The notes beneath the pieces were generated by a model. That model saw only the letters and a program-made list of their open reading frames with translations. It was not told the DNA's origin and made no database searches. Position numbers and translations under genes: made by a program. Below are positions 29,673-39,801 of a stretch of 64,000 bases of DNA, piece by piece. The stretch is taken from the NCBI GenBank assembly GCA_045579605.1, contig JAZNMM010000126.1, positions 936-64,935 on the forward strand. Direction: 5' to 3'. Source of the DNA: Lawsonibacter sp. GTDB lineage: Bacteria > Bacillota > Clostridia > Oscillospirales > Oscillospiraceae. Position 1 is the stretch's first letter, and the number at the start of each line of letters is the position of its first letter.

Positions 29673-29701
29673 TTGCCATTTTAGGGGATTTATCGTATAA
29701 T
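29673..29701 (+). promoter_or_regulatory. SigA promoter of the cdaA operon
   Basis: TTGCCA-N17-TATAAT. Confidence 0.8.
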
Positions 29702-29761
29702 ATCGGAGAATAGGCATATTGTGCCTGTGCGCCCATTTGGCAGGGAAAAGAGGGAAGACAG

Positions 29762-30646
29762 ATGGAAGCCGTTTTTCACGTGATCCTTGGCTTTATAAAG
29801 ATGATTCGCATCACAGATGTCATTGATGTGGCCATTATTGCAGGACTGACTTATAAGATCCTTTGGTCCACCAGAAAACACAGCTTTGGCCGGGTACTCA
29901 AGGGAGTGGCGGTGGTGCTGGCGCTGATGGCGGCGGCATCTGTTGCCAATCTTTATGCTGTCAGTAAGCTGTTTAACATCGTGGTGGAATACGGTGCGCT
30001 CGCCCTTGTTGTGGTGTTCCAGCCGGAGATCCGCCGTTTTCTGGAGCGCATGGGTGATACCAGACTTTTCCATCTGCTGTTCAACGCTCCTCAGCGGGAT
30101 CTTGACAGCGTGGAGAGTGCGATCCTGCAGACTGTGAGTGCCTATCGCCAGATGTCCGGGGATAAGGTTGGCGCGCTGATGGTCTTTGAGCGAAACAACC
30201 ATCTGGACGAGGTGATCAAAACCGGAACACCTCTGGACGCGGCAGTGTCGTCAGAGCTGTTGAAGAACCTGTTCTGGGACAAAGCACCCCTGCACGACGG
30301 GGCAGTCATCGTGCGTAATGGCCGCATCGTGGCTGCAGGGTGCATGCTGCCCCTGTCGGGCAATGCCAATCTCAGCCGTGATCTGGGAATGCGACACCGG
30401 GCAGGTATCGGCATGAGCGAGCATACTGATGCAGTAGTTGCCATCGTGTCTGAGGAGACGGGCTCCATTTCGGTTGCAGAGGCCGGTATGCTCAAGCGGC
30501 ATCTGGCCCCCGAAACGCTGGAGCGCCTGCTGAGCAACAGCCTCCTGGCGCAGGAGGAGCGCGAGCAGGACAAGCTGCCTGAGGCACTGCTTGCCCTGTT
30601 TAAGCGGGCGGGAAAGGAGGACGGTAAGGATGAAATCAGTAACTGA
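29762..30646 (+). CDS. cdaA: Diadenylate cyclase CdaA/DacA
   Basis: 3 TM, FQPEIRR.LE, PLHDGA, LG.RHRA, VSEETG.IS. Confidence 0.96.
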   Translation: MEAVFHVILGFIKMIRITDVIDVAIIAGLTYKILWSTRKHSFGRVLKGVAVVLALMAAASVANLYAVSKLFNIVVEYGALALVVVFQPEIRRFLERMGDTRLFHLLFNAPQRDLDSVESAILQTVSAYRQMSGDKVGALMVFERNNHLDEVIKTGTPLDAAVSSELLKNLFWDKAPLHDGAVIVRNGRIVAAGCMLPLSGNANLSRDLGMRHRAGIGMSEHTDAVVAIVSEETGSISVAEAGMLKRHLAPETLERLLSNSLLAQEEREQDKLPEALLALFKRAGKEDGKDEISN

Positions 30647-31865
30647 GAAGCGTTGGTTTTACATCCTCATCTCTGTCGTCTTTGCCCTTGTCTTCTGGGG
30701 CGTGGTCCGGTTTGACAACGACCCGGATCTGGACAATCAGGTATCCGGAATCCCGGTAATCGTTTCCGGCACACGCGTGCTGGAAAACCAGGGCCTGCAG
30801 ATCCAGTCCCAGTCCCATGCCACGGTCTCTCTGGTCTGGAAGGGTAAGTGGGACGACATTGGAAAACTGAACAAGAACACCGTTTCAGTCACCCTGGACG
30901 TTTCCCGCATTTCTGATCCGGGCGTGTATCAGGTGACTTATGACGTTAATTATCCCGTTTCCGTTACCCCCTCCGATTTTTCCGTGCAGAGGATGGAACC
31001 GGAGACCATTACCGTCACGGTGGCGAAGATCCACTCCAAACCTCTTGAGATCGAGCCTGTATTCAAGGGCAGTGTAGCCGAGGGGTATCGCGCCGGCGCC
31101 TTTATTGTTGAGCCGGAAATGGTGCTGGTCAGCGGTCCGGAGGACGCAGTGGAGCGGGTAAAGCAGGCGCAGGTGGTGGTCAACCAAAAGGACATGAAGA
31201 CCAGCTTTTCCGGCGAGCTGCCCATCGTTTTGCTGGACGAGCGTGACAAGCCGCTGGATCCGGAGCAGGAAGGACTGACCCTGAGTGTGGAGCAGCCCTA
31301 TGTGATCCTCCCGGTTCTGGTTACACGGGAAGTCCCCCTTACCATTGATCTGATCGCCGGCGGCGGCGCCAGCCGGGATCAGCACACCGCTTACGAAATA
31401 TTCCCTGAAACGCTCACTGTTTCCGGTACAGAGGAGGATATGCAGTCGCTGACCGAGATCTCGCTGGGCAGCATTGATCTGGCTCAGGTGCAGGATACCT
31501 ATGCCGGGGAATATCCCATTTATCTGCCCTCCGGCATTGAAAATGTCAGCGGCATCACTAAGGCACAGGTGGAGGTCACCGTCAAGGGGTTGGATACCAA
31601 GAGCTTTGAAGTGCGTAACATCGAACTGCAGAATATCCCCAGGGGATACGATGCTGTGCTGAGCACTCAGGTGTGCACCATTACCCTGCGTGGACCGAAG
31701 GCCTCTCTGGACAGAGTGCAGCCCAGCCAAATCAAGCTGGTGGCAGACCTGTCCCAGCTGGATGCCACCGGCTCCCACAACGTTCCGGTAAAGGTATACC
31801 TGTATGCCAGCGCAGACGTGGGCGCATTGGGTGCCAACAGCGTGGTGGTAAAACTGTCCAAGTAA
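30630..31865 (+). CDS. cdaR: CdaR (YbbR-domain) regulator
   Basis: N-terminal TM, repeated P..V.VSG/YbbR units; follows cdaA. Confidence 0.88.
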   Translation: MKSVTEKRWFYILISVVFALVFWGVVRFDNDPDLDNQVSGIPVIVSGTRVLENQGLQIQSQSHATVSLVWKGKWDDIGKLNKNTVSVTLDVSRISDPGVYQVTYDVNYPVSVTPSDFSVQRMEPETITVTVAKIHSKPLEIEPVFKGSVAEGYRAGAFIVEPEMVLVSGPEDAVERVKQAQVVVNQKDMKTSFSGELPIVLLDERDKPLDPEQEGLTLSVEQPYVILPVLVTREVPLTIDLIAGGGASRDQHTAYEIFPETLTVSGTEEDMQSLTEISLGSIDLAQVQDTYAGEYPIYLPSGIENVSGITKAQVEVTVKGLDTKSFEVRNIELQNIPRGYDAVLSTQVCTITLRGPKASLDRVQPSQIKLVADLSQLDATGSHNVPVKVYLYASADVGALGANSVVVKLSK

Positions 31866-31880
31866 GCCAAGGAGGCTGTT

Positions 31881-32300
31881 ATGGATCAAAAGGCGGTTGT
31901 CAAATGCGTGGTTTCCCCCCACACCGCTCAGGTGTCCCTGATGCGGCAGCTGGAGTGCGGGCTCAGCTGTAAAAGCTGTGAGGGCTGCCCTCAAAGGCCC
32001 AGGGACGAAATTCTTTCCCTGGCGGAGAATGCTGTAGGCGCCAAGACGGGAGATGTGGTGCGGGTACGCTCCAACTCCGGAAGCGCCATCGGTATCGCGG
32101 CGCTGGTTTATTTGCTGCCCTGTGCCACACTGGCTGCAGGCTATCTGCTGGGAATGCGGCTTGGACTTGGTGAAGGGTTGAGCGTAGTTGCTGCCTTTGC
32201 CGGATTACTGGCAGGCTTTGCCCCCGCCGTTATGCTGGACCGGGCACTTGCCCGGCGGGGCCGGCCGGAATTTACCATTGTGGCGATCGAGGAGGAATGA
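31881..32300 (+). CDS. RseC/MucC family protein
   Basis: C-x3-C-x2-C-x2-C cluster, GAKTGDVV, A.LVYLLP and two TM helices. Confidence 0.85.
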   Translation: MDQKAVVKCVVSPHTAQVSLMRQLECGLSCKSCEGCPQRPRDEILSLAENAVGAKTGDVVRVRSNSGSAIGIAALVYLLPCATLAAGYLLGMRLGLGEGLSVVAAFAGLLAGFAPAVMLDRALARRGRPEFTIVAIEEE

Positions 32301-32303
32301 CCT

Positions 32304-33191
32304 ATCTTCGGATATGTTCGTCCCATCCCCGGGGAACTCAAGTGCAAGGACATGGAACTGTACCGTGCGGTTTACTGTGGACTGTGCCGCACCATGCGCA
32401 AGCGCTGCGGGGTTTTGACCGGACTGGTACTCAACTATGATTTCACGTTTCTGGCCCTGCTGCTTGCTCCCGGAGAAGGAATCCCGGTTGACAGCTGCCG
32501 GCGCTGCCCGGTCCACCCGATCCGCTGCACCGGAATGTGCACGGCCTCTGCCGAACTGGAATTGGCGGCAGATGAGAGTGTGATCCTTGCTTACCACCAA
32601 CTGTGCGACACCGTCCGCGACGAGAGCTTTGTGCGCGGATTGGGCGCGCGCTTGCTTCGGGCCATGCTGCGCCGGGGCTATCAGAACGCCGCACGGCGGC
32701 AGCCGGTGTTTGAACAAACGGTCATCCGGCAGCTGGAGCGGCTGCGGCAGCTGGAGCAGGAAAACAGCCCCAGTCTGGACGCGCCGGCAGACGCCTTTGC
32801 TTTGCTGTTGCAAGGGGCGGCGCCTGAAACGGGAGATCCGGTGCGGGACCGTGCCATGGCCCAGCTGCTGTACCATCTGGGGCGCTGGATCTACTTGGTG
32901 GACGCACGGGATGATCTGGGACAGGATCGGGCGCAGGGAAATTACAATCCCATTCTCCTGCGGTATGTCGATGGGGAGGATGTGGACGGCTCTCTGCGGG
33001 CCACGTTGGACCGATCCCTCGACCTGATGCGCTCGGCTGCGGTACTGCTGGACTTCGGACGGCAGGAGGAGCTGGTGAACAACGTGCTCTGGCTGGGGCT
33101 GCCTGCGGTATGCCAGGCGGTGTTCCAGGGGCATTGGAAACAGGTAAAAAAACATAGAATGTGGAGAAAACGAAATGAACGATCCATATAG
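32304..33191 (+). CDS. DUF5685 family protein (apparent ATC start)
   Basis: (I/M)FGYVRP...YCGLC...[19 protein letters not shown]...D...GNYNP; SD GGAGG 8 nt before ATC. Confidence 0.8.
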   Translation: MFGYVRPIPGELKCKDMELYRAVYCGLCRTMRKRCGVLTGLVLNYDFTFLALLLAPGEGIPVDSCRRCPVHPIRCTGMCTASAELELAADESVILAYHQLCDTVRDESFVRGLGARLLRAMLRRGYQNAARRQPVFEQTVIRQLERLRQLEQENSPSLDAPADAFALLLQGAAPETGDPVRDRAMAQLLYHLGRWIYLVDARDDLGQDRAQGNYNPILLRYVDGEDVDGSLRATLDRSLDLMRSAAVLLDFGRQEELVNNVLWLGLPAVCQAVFQGHWKQVKKHRMWRKRNERSI

Positions 33192-33771
33192 TGTGCTGGG
33201 AATCGACCCCAGTGCAAGTGATGATGAGGTCAAAAAGGCATATCGGGAGCTGGCCCGGAAATATCACCCGGACAACTACCAGAATAATCCCCTGGCCGAT
33301 CTGGCGGAGGAGAAAATGAAAGCCATCAACGAAGCCTACGAAACCATTCAGAAGCAGCGTGAGGGTGGCGGATGGTCTGCAGGAGGACAGCGTCCGGGCT
33401 ACGGTTCGTCGACAGGCTCCTATCAGCACACCGGAACCGGCGCCTACGCTCAGGTCCGCATGCTGATCAACGCGGGCAGTCTGGACCAGGCAGAGGCTCT
33501 GCTGGATGCGCAGTCTGACCGCGGCGGTGAGTGGTATTTCCTGCGGGGGGCGATTGCCTACCGCCGGGGCTGGCTGGATGAGGCGCAGCGCAATTATCAC
33601 ATGGCCTGTCAGCTGGAGCCGGGCAACATGGAGTATCGACAGGCGCTGATGATGATGCGCACCGGTACCCAGACGTACCGCCCGGGACAATACGGAAGCA
33701 GTGGTCCCGACTGGTGCACCATCCTGATGTGCATCGACTGCTGTACGCCGGGCGGCTGCTTCGGCTGTTGA
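33175..33771 (+). CDS. J-domain (DnaJ-like) protein with TPR-like helix and Cys-rich C-terminal tail
   Basis: DPY.VLG, KKAYR.LA.KYHPD, INEAY; EWYFL.G...EPGN.EY; tail [19 protein letters not shown]. Confidence 0.9.
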   Translation: MNDPYSVLGIDPSASDDEVKKAYRELARKYHPDNYQNNPLADLAEEKMKAINEAYETIQKQREGGGWSAGGQRPGYGSSTGSYQHTGTGAYAQVRMLINAGSLDQAEALLDAQSDRGGEWYFLRGAIAYRRGWLDEAQRNYHMACQLEPGNMEYRQALMMMRTGTQTYRPGQYGSSGPDWCTILMCIDCCTPGGCFGC

Positions 33772-33828
33772 TAAAACGCCCGCCATGCACCGTAGTGGTG
33801 GGGGTGAAGAAAAGGAAGTGTATTGGTC

Positions 33829-34707
33829 ATGGTCAAAAGTATGACGGGCTACGGCAGGGGAGAGGCGGTTCTCAACGGTCGCTCCATCACTGTGGAGGTC
33901 CGCTCGGTAAATAACCGGTATCTGGACTGTTCTGTTAAGCTGCCCCGGCTGTATATCTTTGCCGAAGATGCCATCAAGACCCGGGTACAGAACAGCATTT
34001 CCCGGGGTAAGGTGGACGTGTTTGTCACGCTGGACAACACCCAGGGCGACCAGGTGACGGTCAGCGTCAATCAGGCCGTTGCCGACGGCTACCACAAGGC
34101 GCTGACAGAGTTGGCTCAGCGCTATTCCCTCCGGGACGACATTTCGGTGTCTCTGCTGTCCCGGTTCCCGGACGTGCTGCTTGTGGAAAAAAGCCAGGAG
34201 GATGTGGAGGCGGTGGCAAAGGACATTTGCGCCGTGCTCGACATAGCGCTGGCCGATTTTACCGCCATGCGCCAGCGGGAGGGAGAAAAGCTGGCTGAGG
34301 ATATCCGAAACCGCGCCGCCATCATTACCCGGTTGCTGGCAAAGGTGGAGGAGCGCTCGCCCCAGACGGTGAACGAATACCGCGCCAAGCTGGAGGCCCG
34401 CATGCAGGAGGTGCTCAGCAACACCCAGCTGGACCCCTCCCGTATTCTGACCGAGGCTGCGATCTTTGCCGATAAGGTGGCGGTGGACGAGGAAACCGTT
34501 CGTTTGCACAGTCATCTTGGTCAGCTGGAGGAGATGCTTTCCGGCGGCGTTCCCGTTGGCCGCAAACTCGACTTCCTGATCCAAGAATTTAACCGCGAGG
34601 CCAACACCATCGGCTCCAAGTGCAGTGATCTGGAGATCTCACGCCATGTGGTGGACATCAAGGCGGAAATCGAAAAGATCCGTGAGCAGGTGCAGAACGT
34701 GGAGTAA
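33829..34707 (+). CDS. yicC: YicC/YloC family endoribonuclease
   Basis: [51 protein letters not shown]. Confidence 0.96.
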   Translation: MVKSMTGYGRGEAVLNGRSITVEVRSVNNRYLDCSVKLPRLYIFAEDAIKTRVQNSISRGKVDVFVTLDNTQGDQVTVSVNQAVADGYHKALTELAQRYSLRDDISVSLLSRFPDVLLVEKSQEDVEAVAKDICAVLDIALADFTAMRQREGEKLAEDIRNRAAIITRLLAKVEERSPQTVNEYRAKLEARMQEVLSNTQLDPSRILTEAAIFADKVAVDEETVRLHSHLGQLEEMLSGGVPVGRKLDFLIQEFNREANTIGSKCSDLEISRHVVDIKAEIEKIREQVQNVE

Positions 34708-34721
34708 AGGAGTCGCTGCAA

Positions 34722-34991
34722 GTGAAACTGATCAATATAGGCTTTGGCAACATGGTGTCGGCCGGCCGGCTGATCGCCATTGTCAGCCCGGAGTCGGCCC
34801 CCATCAAGCGTATGGTGCAGGAAGCCAGGGACCGGGGTGTGCTCATTGACGCCACCTACGGCCGGCGCACCCGTGCCGTACTCATCATGGATAATGACCA
34901 CCTTGTTCTGTCTGCACTGCAGCCGGAAACCGTGGCCAACCGACTTGGAGATAAGGACGCCGTCCTGACCGAAGAGGAGGAGGAAGAATGA
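34722..34991 (+). CDS. remA: RemA (DUF370) family regulator
   Basis: [33 protein letters not shown]. Confidence 0.95.
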   Translation: MKLINIGFGNMVSAGRLIAIVSPESAPIKRMVQEARDRGVLIDATYGRRTRAVLIMDNDHLVLSALQPETVANRLGDKDAVLTEEEEEE

Positions 34992-35605
34992 TCCGCAAGA
35001 AAAACAGCAAGGGACAGCTGATCGTCTTATCCGGTCCCTCCGGCGTGGGAAAGAGTACCGTGATCGCCGAGTTGATGGGCCAGCGGGAGCTGTTCTTCTC
35101 CGTCTCCTTTACTACCCGCGCCCCTCGCAGCGGTGAGGAAAACGGAAAGAATTACAACTTTATCACCCGGGAAGAATTCGAGGGCATGATCGCCCGGGGC
35201 GAGCTGCTGGAGTACACCCAGTATCAGGGAAACTATTACGGAACATCGGAAAAAATCCTGCAGGACAAGCTGGACGCAGGAATCGATGTTTTGCTGGATG
35301 TGGAGGTTGAGGGGGCCGAAAATGTGCGCAAAAAGCGCCCGGACGCCATTTCCATTTTTATGATCCCGCCCTCTTTCGAGGAGCTTTCCCGTCGCTTGCA
35401 CGCACGCAACACCGATAGCGAGGAGGTCATTCAAGGCCGCCTTGCCCGTGCGCGTGAGGAATATAAAGAGATCCCCAAGTACGATTATCTGGTCATCAAC
35501 GACCGTGTGACCCACGCCGTGACCGAGATCGAAGCCATTCTGGCCGCCGCGGAGTGCCGCGTAGCCAAACGAATCCATATTGTTGAAGGAGATAATGCGT
35601 TATGA
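34988..35605 (+). CDS. gmk: Guanylate kinase
   Basis: [27 protein letters not shown]. Confidence 0.98.
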   Translation: MIRKKNSKGQLIVLSGPSGVGKSTVIAELMGQRELFFSVSFTTRAPRSGEENGKNYNFITREEFEGMIARGELLEYTQYQGNYYGTSEKILQDKLDAGIDVLLDVEVEGAENVRKKRPDAISIFMIPPSFEELSRRLHARNTDSEEVIQGRLARAREEYKEIPKYDYLVINDRVTHAVTEIEAILAAAECRVAKRIHIVEGDNAL

Positions 35606-35793
35606 TGCTCTACCCCCCCATGAAGGACCTTCTCAAGTCCGTTCCCAGCCGTTATGAGCTGGTCAATGTCGTTGCCTGCCGTGCCCGTGCCATCGCTTCT
35701 CAGGCACAGGAGACCGGAACTCCTCTGGAGGATAAGCCGGTGAGCATTGCCATCCGCGAGATCGCTTGCGGCGAGGAAACCGCGCAGCAGTAA
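35602..35793 (+). CDS. rpoZ: RNA polymerase omega subunit
   Basis: MLYP...LL..V.SRY.LV..A.RAR, KPVS.A..EI. Confidence 0.93.
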   Translation: MMLYPPMKDLLKSVPSRYELVNVVACRARAIASQAQETGTPLEDKPVSIAIREIACGEETAQQ

Positions 35794-35798
35794 ACAGT

Positions 35799-35839
35799 AA
35801 AAGGCAAGTGAAGGGCAATATGCGTTTCGCTTGCCTTTT
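35799..35839 (+). terminator. Hairpin/terminator after rpoZ
   Basis: AAAAGGCAAGTGAA/TTCGCTTGCCTTTT. Confidence 0.65.
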
Positions 35840-35859
35840 CCGGTGAAGGGGGTGTGGAC

Positions 35860-38325
35860 ATGGGGGCGAAACTGATTGCAAAAGTGGCGGTTTCCAGAGC
35901 TATCTATGCCATCGACCGGCCCTATGATTACCTTGTCCCCACCCAGCTGGAGGATACACTTCGACCCGGCACCCGGGTCCTGGTACCCTTTGGCAGCGGC
36001 AGCCGTCCCTGTGACGGGATCGTGCTGGCACTGCAGCGGCAGGAGTCGGCAAGCAGGCTGAAAACTGTAATCAGTCCTCTGGACGATGAGCCGGTGCTGG
36101 ACGATCACATGCTCCGTCTGGCACTTTGGATGCGCGAGCGGTATTTCTGCACAGTCTACGACGCGGTCAAGGCCATGCTGCCTGCGGGCCTGTTCTTTTC
36201 CGTGCGTGATTCCTGCTGTCTGCGCGAGGGCGTGAGTCGGGAGCAGGCTTACGAGGCGGCGGAAAACTCGCCTTCTGCCACCCGTCTTGTAGAACTGCTG
36301 CTTGCCTGCCAGGGCAAGGTGGACATGGGGCAGATCCGTGCTGCGTTTGGAGCCAAATCACCTACCGCAGCCATCAAACTGCTGACGCAGCGGGGCGTAG
36401 TTGAGATACAGACCAGTGCTTTGCGGGCAGTGGGAGACAAGACCCAGCAGTTGGCGGTGCTGGCTATCCCGGCAGAAGAGGCCATGGCTCTGGTTGCCCC
36501 ACGTCGGAAAAGTGCGCCGCTGCGGTACGCCGTTGTGGAGCTGCTGTGCGCTATTGGCAGTGCGCCCAGCAAAGAGCTTTGCTATTTCACCGGCGCTTCA
36601 TCAGCTACCCTGCGGGCTCTGGCCCAGAAGGGGATCATCACGCTGGAGCGCCAGGCGGTCCTGCGCCGGGTGGATCATGAACCGGTAGAGCCTGCTCAGC
36701 CGGTCATCTTGAACGAGGAACAGGCCCAGGCGCTGCACACGCTGGACGAGATGTCCTGCTTGGGAAAGCCCGCTGCAGCACTGCTGTACGGGGTGACCGG
36801 AAGCGGGAAAACACAGGTGTATATCCAGCTGATCCGGCAAGTTCTGGACCGGGGACGCACGGCAATGGTGCTGGTCCCCGAGATTGCCCTCACCCCCCAG
36901 CTTCTGCGGGTATTTACTTCCCACTTTGGGGAGCAGATCGCCGTGCTTCACAGTTCCCTTCGGGCAGGGGAGCGGTATGATGAGTGGAAGCGGGTGCGTG
37001 ACGGTCAGGCGCGGGTGGTCATTGGTACCCGCTCTGCAGTGTTTGCCCCTTTAAAGAACCTCGGTGTCATTATTCTGGATGAAGAACAGGAAAGCTCCTA
37101 TAAATCGGAAAATTCCCCCCGCTATCACGCCAGAGACATCGCCAAATACCGCTGCGCTCAGGAAAATGCCCTTTTGATCCTGGGTTCGGCAACACCAAGC
37201 GTGGAGACCATGTATCACGCCCGGGCAGGACAGTATTGCCTGCTGCAGCTTACCCAGCGCTACAACAAGCGCCCGCTGCCACAGGTGCTGATCGTGGACA
37301 TGAAGCAGGAGCTGCGCGCCGGAAACGGCGGAGCAATCAGCGAACGTCTGCGGCAGGAGCTGGAGGAAACGATGGAGCGCGGGGAGCAGAGTATTCTCTT
37401 CCTCAATCGCCGGGGCGCCAGCCGCATGGTGTCCTGCGGCGAGTGTGGTCATGTGCCGGAGTGTCCCCGCTGCTCTGCTAACCTGACCTATCATTCTGCC
37501 AATGGGCGGCTGATGTGCCACTACTGCGGGCACTCTCAGCGACTGCCCGACGCCTGCCCGGAATGCAGCGGCATATTCAACTTTATCGGCGTTGGCACCC
37601 AGCGAGTGCAGGAGGAACTGGAGGACCTGTTCCCCGGCGTTGAGATCCTGCGCATGGATACGGATACCGTATCTGCCGCACATCCGCACGAGTATTATCT
37701 GGAACGCTTTCGTAAGGGGAATGCCCCGATCTTGCTGGGAACACAAATGGTTGCCAAGGGGCTGGACTTTGAAAATGTCACTCTTGTTGGCGTGTTGTGC
37801 GCCGACCAGGCCCTGTTTGTGGAAGATGTGCGTGCCGCTGAGCGTACATTTTCCTTGCTGACTCAGGTGGTTGGCCGGGCCGGACGTGGCGAAAAGTCCG
37901 GTCGGGCGGTCATTCAGACCTATGCTCCGGAGCACGAGGTCATCACCTTTGCCGCCGAGCAGGACTACGACCGTTTTTACCAGCAGGAGTTGCCCCTGCG
38001 GCATCTGCGTGGGCATCCGCCCTTTCAGGATGTCACTGTGCTGACTGTGTCCGGGGCGAACGAAGCGGAAGTGCTTGGCACCTGTACCAAGCTGCGCGGC
38101 GGACTGGAACGGGGGCTGCGGACGATTGCTGATCCGGTGCGAGTGCTTGGACCGGCACCGGCGGTCATTGCCAAGGTCAATAACCGTTACCGTTATCGGC
38201 TGACGCTGGTGGGGAAGAGTACCCCCGATTTGCGGCATCTGGTCTCCCGGATGCTGATCGCCGTCCATCAGGACAAGCAATCCAGAGGTGTGTCGGTTTA
38301 CGCGGACACGAATCCTCTGGACTGA
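35860..38325 (+). CDS. priA: Primosomal protein N' (PriA helicase)
   Basis: GVTGSGKT, LVPEIALTPQ, DEEQE.SYK, four CxxC pairs, GTQMVAKGLDF, QVVGRAGR. Confidence 0.98.
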   Translation: MGAKLIAKVAVSRAIYAIDRPYDYLVPTQLEDTLRPGTRVLVPFGSGSRPCDGIVLALQRQESASRLKTVISPLDDEPVLDDHMLRLALWMRERYFCTVYDAVKAMLPAGLFFSVRDSCCLREGVSREQAYEAAENSPSATRLVELLLACQGKVDMGQIRAAFGAKSPTAAIKLLTQRGVVEIQTSALRAVGDKTQQLAVLAIPAEEAMALVAPRRKSAPLRYAVVELLCAIGSAPSKELCYFTGASSATLRALAQKGIITLERQAVLRRVDHEPVEPAQPVILNEEQAQALHTLDEMSCLGKPAAALLYGVTGSGKTQVYIQLIRQVLDRGRTAMVLVPEIALTPQLLRVFTSHFGEQIAVLHSSLRAGERYDEWKRVRDGQARVVIGTRSAVFAPLKNLGVIILDEEQESSYKSENSPRYHARDIAKYRCAQENALLILGSATPSVETMYHARAGQYCLLQLTQRYNKRPLPQVLIVDMKQELRAGNGGAISERLRQELEETMERGEQSILFLNRRGASRMVSCGECGHVPECPRCSANLTYHSANGRLMCHYCGHSQRLPDACPECSGIFNFIGVGTQRVQEELEDLFPGVEILRMDTDTVSAAHPHEYYLERFRKGNAPILLGTQMVAKGLDFENVTLVGVLCADQALFVEDVRAAERTFSLLTQVVGRAGRGEKSGRAVIQTYAPEHEVITFAAEQDYDRFYQQELPLRHLRGHPPFQDVTVLTVSGANEAEVLGTCTKLRGGLERGLRTIADPVRVLGPAPAVIAKVNNRYRYRLTLVGKSTPDLRHLVSRMLIAVHQDKQSRGVSVYADTNPLD

Positions 38326-38364
38326 CCGCGCCCGGTGGGCGCATTTACGAAAGGAGTACCAATT

Positions 38365-38850
38365 ATGCTGCGTACCATTGTTACTCAGGGAGATCCTGTG
38401 CTGAACAAGATCTGTCACCCGGTAACCAAATTTGATGAAAAGCTGTGGGCTCTGCTGGATGATATGCGCCAAACCCTGCTGGACTCCAACGGTGTTGGTC
38501 TGGCCGCGCCCCAGGTTGGCATTCTGCGCCGGGCAGTCCTGGTCATCAACGGTCAGGACGAAATTCTGGAGCTGATCAACCCCACCATCGTGCACACGGC
38601 GGGGGAGCAGGAGGACATGGAAGGCTGCCTCAGCGTCCCCGGCAAGTGGGGCTTTGTCAAGCGCCCCATGGTGGTGCGTGTGCGTGCGCAGGATCGAAAT
38701 GGGAACTGGTTCGAGGTGGAGGATGAGGGTCTGACCGCCCGGTGCTTCTGCCACGAGCTGGATCATCTGGACGGACACCTGTTTGTGGAGCACACCGACC
38801 GGCTTTATACGCCGGAGGAGCTGGAACAGATGATGGAGGACGAGGGCTGA
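38365..38850 (+). CDS. def: Peptide deformylase
   Basis: GVGLAAPQ, EGCLS, HELDH. Confidence 0.98.
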   Translation: MLRTIVTQGDPVLNKICHPVTKFDEKLWALLDDMRQTLLDSNGVGLAAPQVGILRRAVLVINGQDEILELINPTIVHTAGEQEDMEGCLSVPGKWGFVKRPMVVRVRAQDRNGNWFEVEDEGLTARCFCHELDHLDGHLFVEHTDRLYTPEELEQMMEDEG

Positions 38851-38851
38851 A

Positions 38852-39772
38852 ATGAAGATCCTGTTTATGGGAACCCCCGACTTTGCCGTGCCGTCCCTGG
38901 ATGCCCTGGTGCAGGCGGGGCACGAAGTATGTGGTGTATTCACCCAGCCGGACAAGCCGAAAAACCGCGGCATGAAGCTGCAGGCGCCACCGGTAAAGGA
39001 ATACGCTCTGGCTCACGATATCCCGGTCTACCAACCGGAAACCGTCAGGGACGGGTGCGCGTTGGACATCATTCGTTCCCTCGCGCCGGAACTGATCGCT
39101 GTGGCCGCCTATGGTCGGATCCTGCCGGTTGATATTCTGGATTACCCCAAGTATGGCTGTATCAATGTTCACTCCTCGCTCCTGCCCAAATATCGCGGCT
39201 CTGCCCCCATTCACTGGGCAATCCTGAACGGGGAGCAGGAGAGTGGTGTGACCATCATGCACATGGCAAAGGCCATGGATGCCGGGGACATCATTGCTCA
39301 GGCAGCTACTCCCATTGATCCGGACGAAACGGTGGAGACCCTTCACGACCGTCTGGCGCAGATGGGCGCAACCCTTCTGGTGAACGTAGTGGAGCAGCTC
39401 GCGGCCGGAACTGCCACGCGCACTCCTCAGGACGATAGCAAGGTAAGCTATGCCCCCATGCTGTCCCGGGAGCTGTCCCCCCTGGACTGGACCCGGAGCG
39501 CCCGCCAGCTACATGATCAGGTGCGCGGTCTGGTGCCCTGGCCCGCCACCACCACACAGCTGCCCAACGGCGAGACCGTAAAAGTATACCGTACCGAATT
39601 GACTGGGCAGACCACCGCCGTCACTCCGGGTAGCATCGTTGCCGCGGATAAGCACGGCATCGATGTAGCCTGCGGAGATGGGCAGGTGCTTCGTATCCGT
39701 CAGATGCAGGCCCAGGGCGGCAAGCGCATGGACGCGGCAGACTACCTGCGTGGTCACCCCATTACGATCTGA
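38852..39772 (+). CDS. fmt: Methionyl-tRNA formyltransferase
   Basis: FMGTPDFA, TQPD, NVHSSLLPKYRG.AP, DAGD. Confidence 0.98.
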   Translation: MKILFMGTPDFAVPSLDALVQAGHEVCGVFTQPDKPKNRGMKLQAPPVKEYALAHDIPVYQPETVRDGCALDIIRSLAPELIAVAAYGRILPVDILDYPKYGCINVHSSLLPKYRGSAPIHWAILNGEQESGVTIMHMAKAMDAGDIIAQAATPIDPDETVETLHDRLAQMGATLLVNVVEQLAAGTATRTPQDDSKVSYAPMLSRELSPLDWTRSARQLHDQVRGLVPWPATTTQLPNGETVKVYRTELTGQTTAVTPGSIVAADKHGIDVACGDGQVLRIRQMQAQGGKRMDAADYLRGHPITI

Positions 39773-39801
39773 TTTTGATTTTTCGGAAAGGGGGCGTGTT
39801 T

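Noticed and set aside
32298-32340. SECIS after the rseC TGA giving a Sec-linked fusion
   Set aside because: Only a weak hairpin with a C-rich loop; the SD spacing fits an ATC start better
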